The notes under the pieces are model-generated. The model ran no database searches. It was not told the DNA's origin and was given only the letters and a program-made list of their open reading frames with translations. From Bacteroidales bacterium (GTDB lineage: Bacteria > Bacteroidota > Bacteroidia > Bacteroidales > WCHB1-69), in the NCBI GenBank assembly GCA_017649855.1, contig JAGCGA010000032.1, positions 50,230-114,229 of the forward strand: a stretch of DNA of 64,000 nucleotides. The letters run 5' to 3'. This document shows positions 55,269 to 63,535 of the stretch, piece by piece. Position numbers and translations under genes: made by a program. Position 1 is the stretch's first letter. Each line of letters starts with the position of its first letter.

Positions 55269-55370
55269 CAGGCATGTCGGAGGTGTGCGGGGGACGACAC
55301 GATGGGCGAGCGGCCGTTTGCGGATAACGCGTGCAGATGGGCGGAATCCCCGTGAATGGCGGGGGCGATT

Positions 55371-55620
55371 GGGAGTTAGATAATAGTTAATAGTTATGGG
55401 TAGTTCGGGGCTAATGGCTAATAGCAAACGGCCAAAGTTCAAAGTTCAATGTCAAGGTTAGGAGGTTAAAAGGTTAATAGGTTAAGCGGTTAGAAGGTTA
55501 ACGGGTTAATGGGTTAATGGGTTCAAAGTCAAAGTTCAAAGTTCAATCTCAAGGTCATGGTTTTGACGGCCAACAGCTAACAGCTAACGGCTAACAGCTA
55601 ACAGCCAAAGTTCAAAGTTT
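55371..55620. repeat. composite array of short-period word repeats
   Basis: The array starts with the head GGGAGTTAG at 55371. AGGTTAnn repeats 8 times (period 8) at 55455-55518. TAACAGC repeats 5 times (period 7) at 55571-55605. CAAAGTY tracts start at 55433, 55523 and 55606. A 26-bp direct repeat CAAAGTTCAAAGTTCAAT(G/C)TCAAGGT occurs at 55433 and 55530. Confidence 0.9.
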
Positions 55621-55625
55621 TTTTA

Positions 55626-55633
55626 TATTTTTG
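55626..55633 (+). promoter_or_regulatory. -7 type promoter box TATTTTTG
   Basis: Exact TAnnTTTG upstream of the SPFH gene. Confidence 0.45.
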
Positions 55634-55712
55634 CCGATTCTTCGATTATTCCGTGCATGATGATGGGGGAATTCAAAATCATATGGAAATCTATAACAAA
55701 AAAAATCATATC

Positions 55713-56510
55713 ATGGCATACGCACAACAATCTACCAGCAAATTTTTCAAATGGGTGCGCTACTCCTTTTTGGGCTTGGTGGTGCTCATCACCATCTTCA
55801 GCTCATTCTATACGGTGAAGTCCACCGAGCGTGGCGTGCTCTCCACCTTCGGCAAGATCCAGGACAAGGCGGTCGGCGACGGCTTGCACATCAAGATCCC
55901 CTTCATCCAGCATGTACAGAAGGTCAACGTGCAACAGAAGAAGTTCGATGGCACCGAGAACTCCTACACGCGAGACGTGCAGACATCCGAGGTCACCTAC
56001 ACCATCAACTACGACCTGGTGACCGACAATGTCAGCTTGCTGATCAAGAAGGTGGGCAATGACTACCACACGCGCATCGTGGAACCCTACATCCGCAGTG
56101 CCGTCAAGAGCAGCTTCGGTAACTTCAACGCCACCCAGATTGTGGAGAACCGCGACAAGGTGCGGGCCCAGATCGAGACGAAGCTGCGCGAGACCCTCGA
56201 CAGCCGGTATTTCACCAATATCCATTTCCAGCTGGTCAACATCGACTTTGACGACCAGTTCGAGACAGCCATCAAGGAAAAACAGGTGGCCGAGCAGAAC
56301 GCCCTGAAGGCGAAGAATGTGACCATCCAGATCGAGGAGCAGGCCAAGCAGACCAAAATCAAGGCTGAAGCCGAGGCGGAAGCCATCCGCATCAAGGCCA
56401 ACGCTTTGGAGAAGAATCCCAAGTTGGTGGAATATGAGGCGGTGCAGAAGTGGGACGGCAAGCTGCCCGAATACACGGGCGGCGCGGTGCCGTTTATCAA
56501 TATCAAGTAA
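55713..56510 (+). CDS. SPFH/band 7 (prohibitin family) membrane protein
   Basis: I chose the start at MAYAQQSTSKFFKW (ATG 55713, A-rich upstream). The track's GTG at 55653 and the ATG at 55683 are alternatives. It has a TM helix, then an SPFH core and an A/E/K-rich coiled coil. Confidence 0.75.
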   Translation: MAYAQQSTSKFFKWVRYSFLGLVVLITIFSSFYTVKSTERGVLSTFGKIQDKAVGDGLHIKIPFIQHVQKVNVQQKKFDGTENSYTRDVQTSEVTYTINYDLVTDNVSLLIKKVGNDYHTRIVEPYIRSAVKSSFGNFNATQIVENRDKVRAQIETKLRETLDSRYFTNIHFQLVNIDFDDQFETAIKEKQVAEQNALKAKNVTIQIEEQAKQTKIKAEAEAEAIRIKANALEKNPKLVEYEAVQKWDGKLPEYTGGAVPFINIK

Positions 56511-56544
56511 AGAATCTTATCAACTATAAAATTTGTAATCCATT

Positions 56545-57651
56545 ATGTACGACAACGATAAAAGAATAGTGGTGACTATGGATGCCGGCGGTACCTTCTT
56601 CCGCTTCGGTGCCATTCAAGGCAACAAACCTATGATGGAAGAGATTACTTTCCCTTCCGAATCGCGTAATCTTGAAAAATGTCTGAACACCATCGTGAAC
56701 GGCTTCGGGGCTGTCATGTCCCGCCTGCCGGAGAAGCCCGTGGCTATCAGCTTCGCCTTCCCGGGACCGGCCGACTATCCAAACGGCATCTTCCCGACCC
56801 TGCTGACCAACTTCCCCTGCTTCGCGGAGGGAGTGGCGCTGGGACCGTTCCTCGAGTCCAAGTTCAACCTGCCGGTCTTCATCAACAACGATGCCGACCT
56901 CTTCACCTATGGCGAAGCCCTGGCGGGCCTGCTGCCCCATGTGAACAGCGTGCTCAAAGAGCGGGGCAGCGCCAAGGTCTATCGCAACATGGTCGGCTTC
57001 ATCCTCGGCACCGGCTTCGGCATCGGCATCACGACCAACAACCAGATGTATATCGGTGACAACTGCTGTTCGGAGATCTACTGTACTCCCAACAAGCTGG
57101 AACCCGAACTCATCGTGGAGGAGGGCGTGTCGGCGCGTGCCGTGTTGCACAACTATCGCCTCTTCGCCAACGATCCCAAGGCGGCCGACTATACCGACTC
57201 GTACGACATCTACCAGATCGCCGACGGCACCAAGCCTGGCGACCAGGCCGCGGCACTGAAGGCCTTCGCCCGTTTCGGGGAGGTGGCCGGCAACACCATC
57301 GCCAATGCGGTCTGCATGCTCGATGGCATTATCGTGCTCGGCGGTGGCGTCTCCAAATCGCACAAGTTCTATATGCCTGCCCTGCTGCGCGAACTGCGCA
57401 CGAAACTGACCACCCGCACAGGCATCGTCATCCAGCGCGTGCCCTCTTACGTCTATAACCTGGAAGACGAGGCCGAACTTGACCGCTTCATCCAAGGCGA
57501 ACAACGCGAGATCCCCGTCTTCGGCACCGACCGCTCCGTGAAGTGCGATGTCCAGAAACGCCTCGCCATCGGCATCTCCCGTCTGGGCACTACGCAGGCC
57601 ACGACCATCGGCGCCTACTGCTTCGCCCTCCACAAACTCGACGAAAAATAG
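56545..57651 (+). CDS. ROK family sugar kinase
   Basis: 368 aa. It has an MDAGGTFFRFG ATP-binding N-terminus and glycine-rich GFILGTGFGIG. Confidence 0.75.
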   Translation: MYDNDKRIVVTMDAGGTFFRFGAIQGNKPMMEEITFPSESRNLEKCLNTIVNGFGAVMSRLPEKPVAISFAFPGPADYPNGIFPTLLTNFPCFAEGVALGPFLESKFNLPVFINNDADLFTYGEALAGLLPHVNSVLKERGSAKVYRNMVGFILGTGFGIGITTNNQMYIGDNCCSEIYCTPNKLEPELIVEEGVSARAVLHNYRLFANDPKAADYTDSYDIYQIADGTKPGDQAAALKAFARFGEVAGNTIANAVCMLDGIIVLGGGVSKSHKFYMPALLRELRTKLTTRTGIVIQRVPSYVYNLEDEAELDRFIQGEQREIPVFGTDRSVKCDVQKRLAIGISRLGTTQATTIGAYCFALHKLDEK

Positions 57652-57659
57652 CCAACGAC

Positions 57660-59528
57660 ATGAGTGATAAGCATAAACAGGAAAAACGGAAGGACGAGCC
57701 CCAGAATGTCGATGGCATTGAGGGCAAGATGACCTTGGGTGAGCTGCTCAAGAACATCTTTCCGTTTGTCAAGCCCTACAAATGGTTGGTCTCCGCCACG
57801 CTGATCTTCACCTTCGTCAGCTCCCTGATGGCGCAGGTGAACGCCGTGGTGCTCGACCGGGCCGTGGACGCCATCAACGAGCTGTTGCAGAAAGGCAACT
57901 TCCTCTGGAGCGCCGCCGCCAAGATCCTGATCACCATCAGCGTCATCCTGCTGGCCAAGGAGGTGATCGCCGCCCTGCTGACCTTCGCCCAGCGCTATTT
58001 CGGTGAGAAGATGCGCATCATGGTCAGTCGCGACCTCTCCCTGCGCGTCATCGACAAGATCCTCTCCTTCCGCATGGCCTTCTATTCCTCGGATGTCAAT
58101 GAGCCCGGCAAGCTGCAGTCGCGTATCGACCGCGGCGTGAGCAGCCTCAGCAGCACCGTCAACAACCTCTTCATCGAAATCCTGCCGCTCTTCACCAGTG
58201 CCATCCTGGCCCTGATCTTGATGTTCATGGCCAATGTGTATGTGGGCTTGGTGGCGCTTTGCATCGTGCCTATCTATTTTTATATCACCTATTTGCAGGC
58301 AAAACATCTGAAGGGGTGGCGCCGCGGCATCTTCGGAAGCCACCAGGCACTGAGCCAGGGTATCCTCAACATAATCGAGAGCATCACCGTCATCAAGTCC
58401 TTCAACCGCGAGGATATTGAGGCGAAACGCCAGGCTAACCTGCAGCAGCAAATCACGGACCAGCAGATGACCACCCGCCGGCTAAGCTATATCTACAATG
58501 GCGTCAAGTCGTTTGTGGAACAGATCGGCACGGTACTTATCATCATCCTGACCGCCTACTTGGTGCTAATCCACTACCCGGGCATGAGCATCGGTAAGAT
58601 CATGTACCACGTGCTGCTCTTCAACAATGTGAGCGCCCCCATCCGTCAACTGCACCGTATCTATGACGATATGAACGACGCACTCATCTATGCCGAGGGC
58701 TTCTTTGGCATCCTGCATGATGAAAAGGAGATAGAGGATCGAGGACACTATCGTCCTGAAAAGGTGGTGGGCAATTTCGAGATCAGCGGGGTGGACTTCA
58801 CCTACGGCAACGGCACCCAGGCTTTGTTTGATGTCAGCATGAACATTGAACCGGGCAAGATCACCGCGTTGGTCGGGCTGAGCGGCGCGGGCAAGAGCAC
58901 GGTGGTCAACCTGCTCGACAACTTCTATGAGCCCGACTGCGGCAGCATCAAGTTAGACGGGGTCGATTTGCGGGATTGGGACACCCAGTGGCTGCGAGAC
59001 AATGTGGGCCTGGTGCTGCAGAAAAACCACATCTTCAGCGGCACGATTGAGGAGAATATCCGTTACGGCAACCCCAACGCCACCTTTGAGGAGGTGGAGG
59101 AGGCTGCCAAGAAAGCCTATATTTACGACCAGATTGTGCAACTGCCCAAGGGGTTCCAGTCACAGGCCCTGCAGTTGAGCGGCGGACAGCAGCAGCGTAT
59201 CGCCATCGCCCGTATGTTCATCAAGAATCCGCCCATCATCTTCCTCGATGAGCCGACGGCCAGTCTGGATGCCATCGCCACGGAGCAGATCAAGGCCAGC
59301 ATCGACGCCATCAAGGCGGGCCGTACGGTCATCATCATCTCCCACAACATCGGCCAGATCATCAATGCCGACAAGATCTTCGTCTTGCAGAAAGGCCATC
59401 TGGAGCAGTCTGGCACGCCCGATGAGGTCTATCGCCAGGGCGGCATCTACAAGGAGATTCTCGACTCCAGCGCCCGCAGCATGAATGTCGATAAGATCGC
59501 GCAAACGATAGAGGGGGATAATGATTAA
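57660..59528 (+). CDS. ABC transporter, fused permease/ATPase (MsbA-like exporter)
   Basis: The start is moved to MSDKHKQEK (ATG 57660). It has six TM helices, Walker A GLSGAGKST, signature LSGGQQQR and Walker B IIFLDEPT. Confidence 0.88.
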   Translation: MSDKHKQEKRKDEPQNVDGIEGKMTLGELLKNIFPFVKPYKWLVSATLIFTFVSSLMAQVNAVVLDRAVDAINELLQKGNFLWSAAAKILITISVILLAKEVIAALLTFAQRYFGEKMRIMVSRDLSLRVIDKILSFRMAFYSSDVNEPGKLQSRIDRGVSSLSSTVNNLFIEILPLFTSAILALILMFMANVYVGLVALCIVPIYFYITYLQAKHLKGWRRGIFGSHQALSQGILNIIESITVIKSFNREDIEAKRQANLQQQITDQQMTTRRLSYIYNGVKSFVEQIGTVLIIILTAYLVLIHYPGMSIGKIMYHVLLFNNVSAPIRQLHRIYDDMNDALIYAEGFFGILHDEKEIEDRGHYRPEKVVGNFEISGVDFTYGNGTQALFDVSMNIEPGKITALVGLSGAGKSTVVNLLDNFYEPDCGSIKLDGVDLRDWDTQWLRDNVGLVLQKNHIFSGTIEENIRYGNPNATFEEVEEAAKKAYIYDQIVQLPKGFQSQALQLSGGQQQRIAIARMFIKNPPIIFLDEPTASLDAIATEQIKASIDAIKAGRTVIIISHNIGQIINADKIFVLQKGHLEQSGTPDEVYRQGGIYKEILDSSARSMNVDKIAQTIEGDND

Positions 59529-59580
59529 TTAAATCATCTATTCTGCGATAAAAAACTCTTTTTTGTGTCCTAGAATTGAT

Positions 59581-59588
59581 TATTTTTG
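59581..59588 (+). promoter_or_regulatory. -7 type promoter box TATTTTTG
   Basis: Exact TAnnTTTG, 35 nt upstream of the ATG at 59623. Confidence 0.5.
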
Positions 59589-59622
59589 CCGCCGTTTTCA
59601 AACAAGATTGTTTTTACAGGTA

Positions 59623-60666
59623 ATGATCGTTCTATTAGCGTTTCTCATAGGCACATTGATTGTCTCTTTTTGCTGCTCCCTGCTGGAGTCGGTGCTGCTT
59701 TCCACGCCGATATCATTCATCTCCATGCGGGAGGAAGAAGGGGACCCCAATGCGCCGCTGATGATGAAGATGAAGGAGGAGTCGGACCGTCCGTTGGCCG
59801 CCATCCTCTCGTTGAACACCATCGCCAACACGGTCGGTGCCGCCGGCGTGGGACATCAGACAACCCTCTTGCTGGGCAACTACTGGTTCGGCATCATGTC
59901 GGCCATCATGACGATCCTCATCCTGATCTTTGCGGAGATCATCCCCAAGACCATCGGAACCGTCTATTACCGCAAGTTCCTCTGGCTCGCCAAGCCCATG
60001 AACGTCCTGATATACATCCTTTTCCCGATTGTCAAGTTGATGGAGCTCTTCAGCTACCTGATCTCCAGAAACGAGGACGACCAGGCGGTGGTCAGCCGTG
60101 ACGAGGTGTCCGCCATGGCCAATATCGGCGAGGAGGAGGGTGTGATCGACGAGTCGGAGAACAAGGTGATCCAGAATATCATCCAGCTCGACAACATCAA
60201 GGCCTACGATGTGATGACCCCTCGCGTGGTGGCCGCCATCGCCTCCGAACGACTCTCCTTGCAAGACTTCTATAAGGATGAGGCCCTCTCACCCTATTCC
60301 CGTATTCCCGTCTATGCCGAGTCGCCGGATTATATCACCGGCTATGTGCTCCGTAACGATGTGCTGGAACTCTTGGCGGAGGATAAGTTCGACACGCCGC
60401 TGAGCGAGGTGAGACGCGAGATCGTCTCGTTCAATGAGGAGACCACGATCGGCGATATCTGGGACTCCTTCCAGAGTACGAACGACCATATCGCCGTGGT
60501 TATTGACGATTACGGCAGCTTCCAGGGTATCATCACGTTGGAGGATGTCATTGAGACCATCCTGGGCCTGGAGATCGTGGATGAGAACGACGAGATTGCC
60601 GATATGCAGCAATACGCCAAGGAGCGCTGGGAGAAGCTGAAAAGCCAGCGGACGGAGCATCCATAA
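59623..60666 (+). CDS. CNNM/DUF21 plus CBS-pair transporter (HlyC/CorC family)
   Basis: The start is moved to MIVLLAFLIGTLIV. It has an N-terminal DUF21 TM region and CBS-like segments (DVMTPRV..., VVIDDYGSFQGIITLEDV). Confidence 0.8.
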   Translation: MIVLLAFLIGTLIVSFCCSLLESVLLSTPISFISMREEEGDPNAPLMMKMKEESDRPLAAILSLNTIANTVGAAGVGHQTTLLLGNYWFGIMSAIMTILILIFAEIIPKTIGTVYYRKFLWLAKPMNVLIYILFPIVKLMELFSYLISRNEDDQAVVSRDEVSAMANIGEEEGVIDESENKVIQNIIQLDNIKAYDVMTPRVVAAIASERLSLQDFYKDEALSPYSRIPVYAESPDYITGYVLRNDVLELLAEDKFDTPLSEVRREIVSFNEETTIGDIWDSFQSTNDHIAVVIDDYGSFQGIITLEDVIETILGLEIVDENDEIADMQQYAKERWEKLKSQRTEHP

Positions 60667-60679
60667 TTACCTTTTTTAA

Positions 60680-60853
60680 GAGATATGTCCCGAATATGCC
60701 GACAAGAAGATCTTTTTGGCTGTGGCAGGGGTCAATTTTGAGCGTGATTCTGATCTGTATGCACACCAAAGAGGATTGTTTGTCATCCGTGTCTCCAACG
60801 ATGACATCTTCACCCTCGATCCCTCCGAAGGTGATGTGCTGACCACTCTATAG
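60680..60853 (+). pseudogene. start-less C-terminal gene fragment
   Basis: The open frame reads EICPEYADKKIFLAVAGVNFERDSDLYAHQRGLFVIRVSNDDIFTLDPSEGDVLTTL* and is bounded upstream by TAA at 60677. It has no start codon. It looks like the tail of a larger protein, and I cannot assign a family. Confidence 0.3.
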
Positions 60854-60865
60854 AATGAAAAGAGC

Positions 60866-61729
60866 CTATTTGGTGGCTATGCTTCTGGTGTGAAGCAGTT
60901 CTTTGCCCGCCAAGGTGAGCATTGGCTCAATGGTGGAGTAGGAGAGCTTGCAACTGGGCATGCCGACAACGTAGGGCGCAATCTCATATAGTTGATAAAC
61001 GAAGTAAACGCCATCTTTAGTGAAATAGGGCGGGTATTCCGGCAACGGCAGGGTTGTATAGTAGTCATACATCGAGTTCCGGAATTCGGCGGTGTCATTT
61101 TCGAAAAAGTCTTTGAGCAGTTCCTTCTTCAAGATCGAAGCCAGGTTGTCCAGCTCTTCGTTCTGAAAGAAGTCGAGCCCCACACGCCGTCCATCCGATT
61201 TGCGGAAGGTCTGCCCGTGGGCGACACGCCAGCCGTGGGCTCCACCGGAATAGCCTTGCTCATAATAATTGTAGGTCACATATTGGTCGGTCTCGTGAAT
61301 CTTCTCAATCTGGATGTCGGTGTCAAAGACCATCCCCTCTATGAAGGCTGAATCTTCTGCGCCGAAGTCTTTGGCGCAGTCGTTCAGGTCTTGGAGGGCC
61401 TGTTGTGCATAATGGGTCAGCATGGCCTTTCCATTGTCGGGTGTGCCAGTGAAGGAGCCGCCCAGCTGCTCTGATATCCATTCGCGGATGCTATTGACGA
61501 CCAGGAAGTTCCCGTCTGTTGGAAAATCAGCCTTGACGCTTACTTTGGCGGGAATGCTATATTGTCGCATGGAGTCGATGATAGCGATGGAGTCTGTGGT
61601 CACCTCTCCGCCGGCAAGCTGTGCCAACGAGGTGATGCCGTTCAACGCGTTAGTCTCCACGCGGTGTTTGCAACCGCTGCACCAGATCAGACTAGTAAAG
61701 GCCAACAATATCAGGAAATAGTTTTTCAT
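60866..61729 (-). CDS. DUF3298/DUF4163-like lipoprotein
   Basis: I placed the start at MKNYFLILLAFTSLIWCSGC (ATG 61727-61729). The YSGGAHG motif is typical of DUF3298. Confidence 0.7.
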   Translation of the reverse strand: MKNYFLILLAFTSLIWCSGCKHRVETNALNGITSLAQLAGGEVTTDSIAIIDSMRQYSIPAKVSVKADFPTDGNFLVVNSIREWISEQLGGSFTGTPDNGKAMLTHYAQQALQDLNDCAKDFGAEDSAFIEGMVFDTDIQIEKIHETDQYVTYNYYEQGYSGGAHGWRVAHGQTFRKSDGRRVGLDFFQNEELDNLASILKKELLKDFFENDTAEFRNSMYDYYTTLPLPEYPPYFTKDGVYFVYQLYEIAPYVVGMPSCKLSYSTIEPMLTLAGKELLHTRSIATK

Positions 61730-61739
61730 AGGGCAGGTG

Positions 61740-62342
61740 TTATTCTGTGAATACCGCTTCTCTCCCACATTGGGCCAGAAAAGTGGTGATGGTTTCTTTG
61801 GCGATTTGTTTGGATTTCTTGCGGTTTTCCGCGGTGTTGTATTTCTTGGCCACCTTGCGCTCCACCTCCTTGATCAGAGGCTTTTCTTAATAGCTGACCG
61901 CATGCTCCTCGTTTTCACTGTCAGAGGTGAACCAGCTGCTCAAGGTCGATTGATGAAACTCTATGGCGGGAAGGGTCACAAAGACCTTGTTGGAGCCCTC
62001 TTCGGGATCTTCCGTGTAGGTGACCTTGTCCAAGTCCAGAGTGAAGTTTACCTGTTGGCGCAGCACCTGTACACAGTCGTGCTCTTTTTTCAAGATACCC
62101 TTGTCTTTGCCCAAGATGCTGCTTCCGAGGCCACTGCCCATGAAGGAGCCCTTGGCATACTCCTCGGTGATGGTGGAGTAGAGGTAGAGGATGCCGGTGG
62201 GACGCACGGCCTCCACTGAGGCGATGGTGGGCTTCAGGGTGATCTCCTCGGTACGGGAACGCCGACTGATCATCCAAATCAACAGGATGAACGACACGAC
62301 AAAGAGTGCGATGATGCCGATTTTAAGACCTTTTCGTTTCAT
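61740..62342 (-). pseudogene. DUF4230-like protein interrupted by an in-frame TAA (61887-61889)
   Basis: The 151-aa ORF ends ...EEHAVSY*. The same frame continues for 48 codons (EKPLIKEVERKVAKKYNTAENRKKSKQIAKETITTFLAQCGREAVFTE*) to a TAA at 61740-61742. That extension aligns in pattern with the C-terminus of the upstream paralog. Confidence 0.6.
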
Positions 62343-62998
62343 GGCTGACTGTTTTGGGTGACAAACTTAGGCGTGAGTCCCATAGGACGCAGCATGGAGG
62401 TGAAGACTATCTCTATGTTTTGCACAATCTCATCGGAAAAGCTGTTCTTGAGTTGCTTTTCGTCGGCAATCACATCCTGGAAGGCCATGGTCTTGACCTG
62501 CTGCATGGTGGATTCCCCCACCTTCTTGCGTTTTCCGGTGGTGAGGGCGACCACCTCCTGGTGGTTGCTGACGGGCTCGAAGGAGCGATCGATGATCTTC
62601 GGCTGGGGAAGCCGGATCAAGACGGTGTCATGAGGAAGTAACTGCACGTCGTTGGGCTTCATGTCATTCAAGTCGATGCCATACAGAATCTTGATGTCCA
62701 CTGGGATGACGCAGAGGCGCGTGCCCAACTTCCAAGTGGCTGGGTTGATGGAGACGAACTCGGTGCCAGACTCATAGATGCCGATCTTGCGGATGGTGAT
62801 CTCGGTGGAGGCAATCTTGTTCTGTCGCTGCAGCATCATCAGCAACTCCTTGGAAGAGGGGTCGGCAGAGGCGAGCGACTTGAGGTTCGTCTTCGGCGGC
62901 AAGCGGAAAGCGATAAACAGCATGATCCCGCTGACCAGAAGGAGAAGCAGGTAGGGGAGAATTCTTTTGAAAGTTCCTTTGGAGCCGTCGTTGTTCAT
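62339..62998 (-). CDS. DUF4230-like membrane-anchored protein
   Basis: 219 aa with an N-terminal TM helix. It is a paralog of the downstream gene and is ATGA-coupled to it. Confidence 0.65.
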   Translation of the reverse strand: MNNDGSKGTFKRILPYLLLLLVSGIMLFIAFRLPPKTNLKSLASADPSSKELLMMLQRQNKIASTEITIRKIGIYESGTEFVSINPATWKLGTRLCVIPVDIKILYGIDLNDMKPNDVQLLPHDTVLIRLPQPKIIDRSFEPVSNHQEVVALTTGKRKKVGESTMQQVKTMAFQDVIADEKQLKNSFSDEIVQNIEIVFTSMLRPMGLTPKFVTQNSQP

Positions 62999-63002
62999 CC
63001 TG

Positions 63003-63530
63003 TTATTTTTTGAGACGGCGTACCAGATACTGCCCGAGACACAACAAGAGAGCGATTCCCAGTACGGTGATCAGAATCGGATAGAAAGAAGAGGTGGAGA
63101 CGCCCAAGCGCTTGGCATTCTTCTGGGCATAGCTCAATCCGGCCTGCACGTTCTGGATGAGGGCGTTGGAAGAGTAGGTGGCTCCGCTGACGGCATCTAC
63201 CTTCAGCTTGGCGGCATCGGAAATCTTCTTGCCTTCCCAGGATTTCAAGATGATGGCTGCGCGCTGGAAGAAACTCGGTGTCTCCTCGTTAGGCAAGGCG
63301 ACGACCTTCTGTACTTTGCCACTCTTGATATATATCTCGACTGGCGTAGTGCCGTTAAAACCAAGGACATTCTTGCACAAGGGGGTCGTGTTGATGATCA
63401 GCGTGCCGTTGTTGTCATACCGTACCGTATCGTTCTTCAACAAGGAATGATGGGCTGCGTTGCCAGTGACGGGTCCTGCCAGCAGAAGGACGAACAGAGG
63501 GAGCAAGATGCGTTTAAATAGCTGTTTCAT
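63003..63530 (-). CDS. FMN-binding domain protein with C-terminal TM anchor
   Basis: 175 aa with a signal peptide. VDAVSGATYSS is the flavinylation-type motif of FMN_bind domains. Confidence 0.7.
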   Translation of the reverse strand: MKQLFKRILLPLFVLLLAGPVTGNAAHHSLLKNDTVRYDNNGTLIINTTPLCKNVLGFNGTTPVEIYIKSGKVQKVVALPNEETPSFFQRAAIILKSWEGKKISDAAKLKVDAVSGATYSSNALIQNVQAGLSYAQKNAKRLGVSTSSFYPILITVLGIALLLCLGQYLVRRLKK

Positions 63531-63535
63531 GATGA

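Noticed and set aside
55274-55327. 17-codon ORF MSEVCGGRHDGRAAVCG downstream of the orphan promoter box
   Set aside because: It is too short and unsupported to call as a CDS. It is kept only as an alternative reading of the GC-rich segment in the findings.
55371-55620. Possible CRISPR array
   Set aside because: The repeat units are 6-8 bp and directly abutting, with no unique spacers of about 30 bp. No cas genes are in the window.
53880-55650. Template repeat (TR) for the DGR-like target
   Set aside because: I compared the last ~140 nt of the lipoprotein gene by eye with both flanks, including the GC-rich segment at 55270-55370. I found no alignable copy. A computational genome-wide search is still needed.
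55653-55712. GTG start of the SPFH gene and the overlapping out-of-frame MMMGEFKII... ORF
   Set aside because: The N-terminal 20 residues from the GTG add nothing family-like. The ATG at 55713 has an A-rich upstream context and begins directly before the TM helix. This remains uncertain, so the alternatives are noted in the feature.
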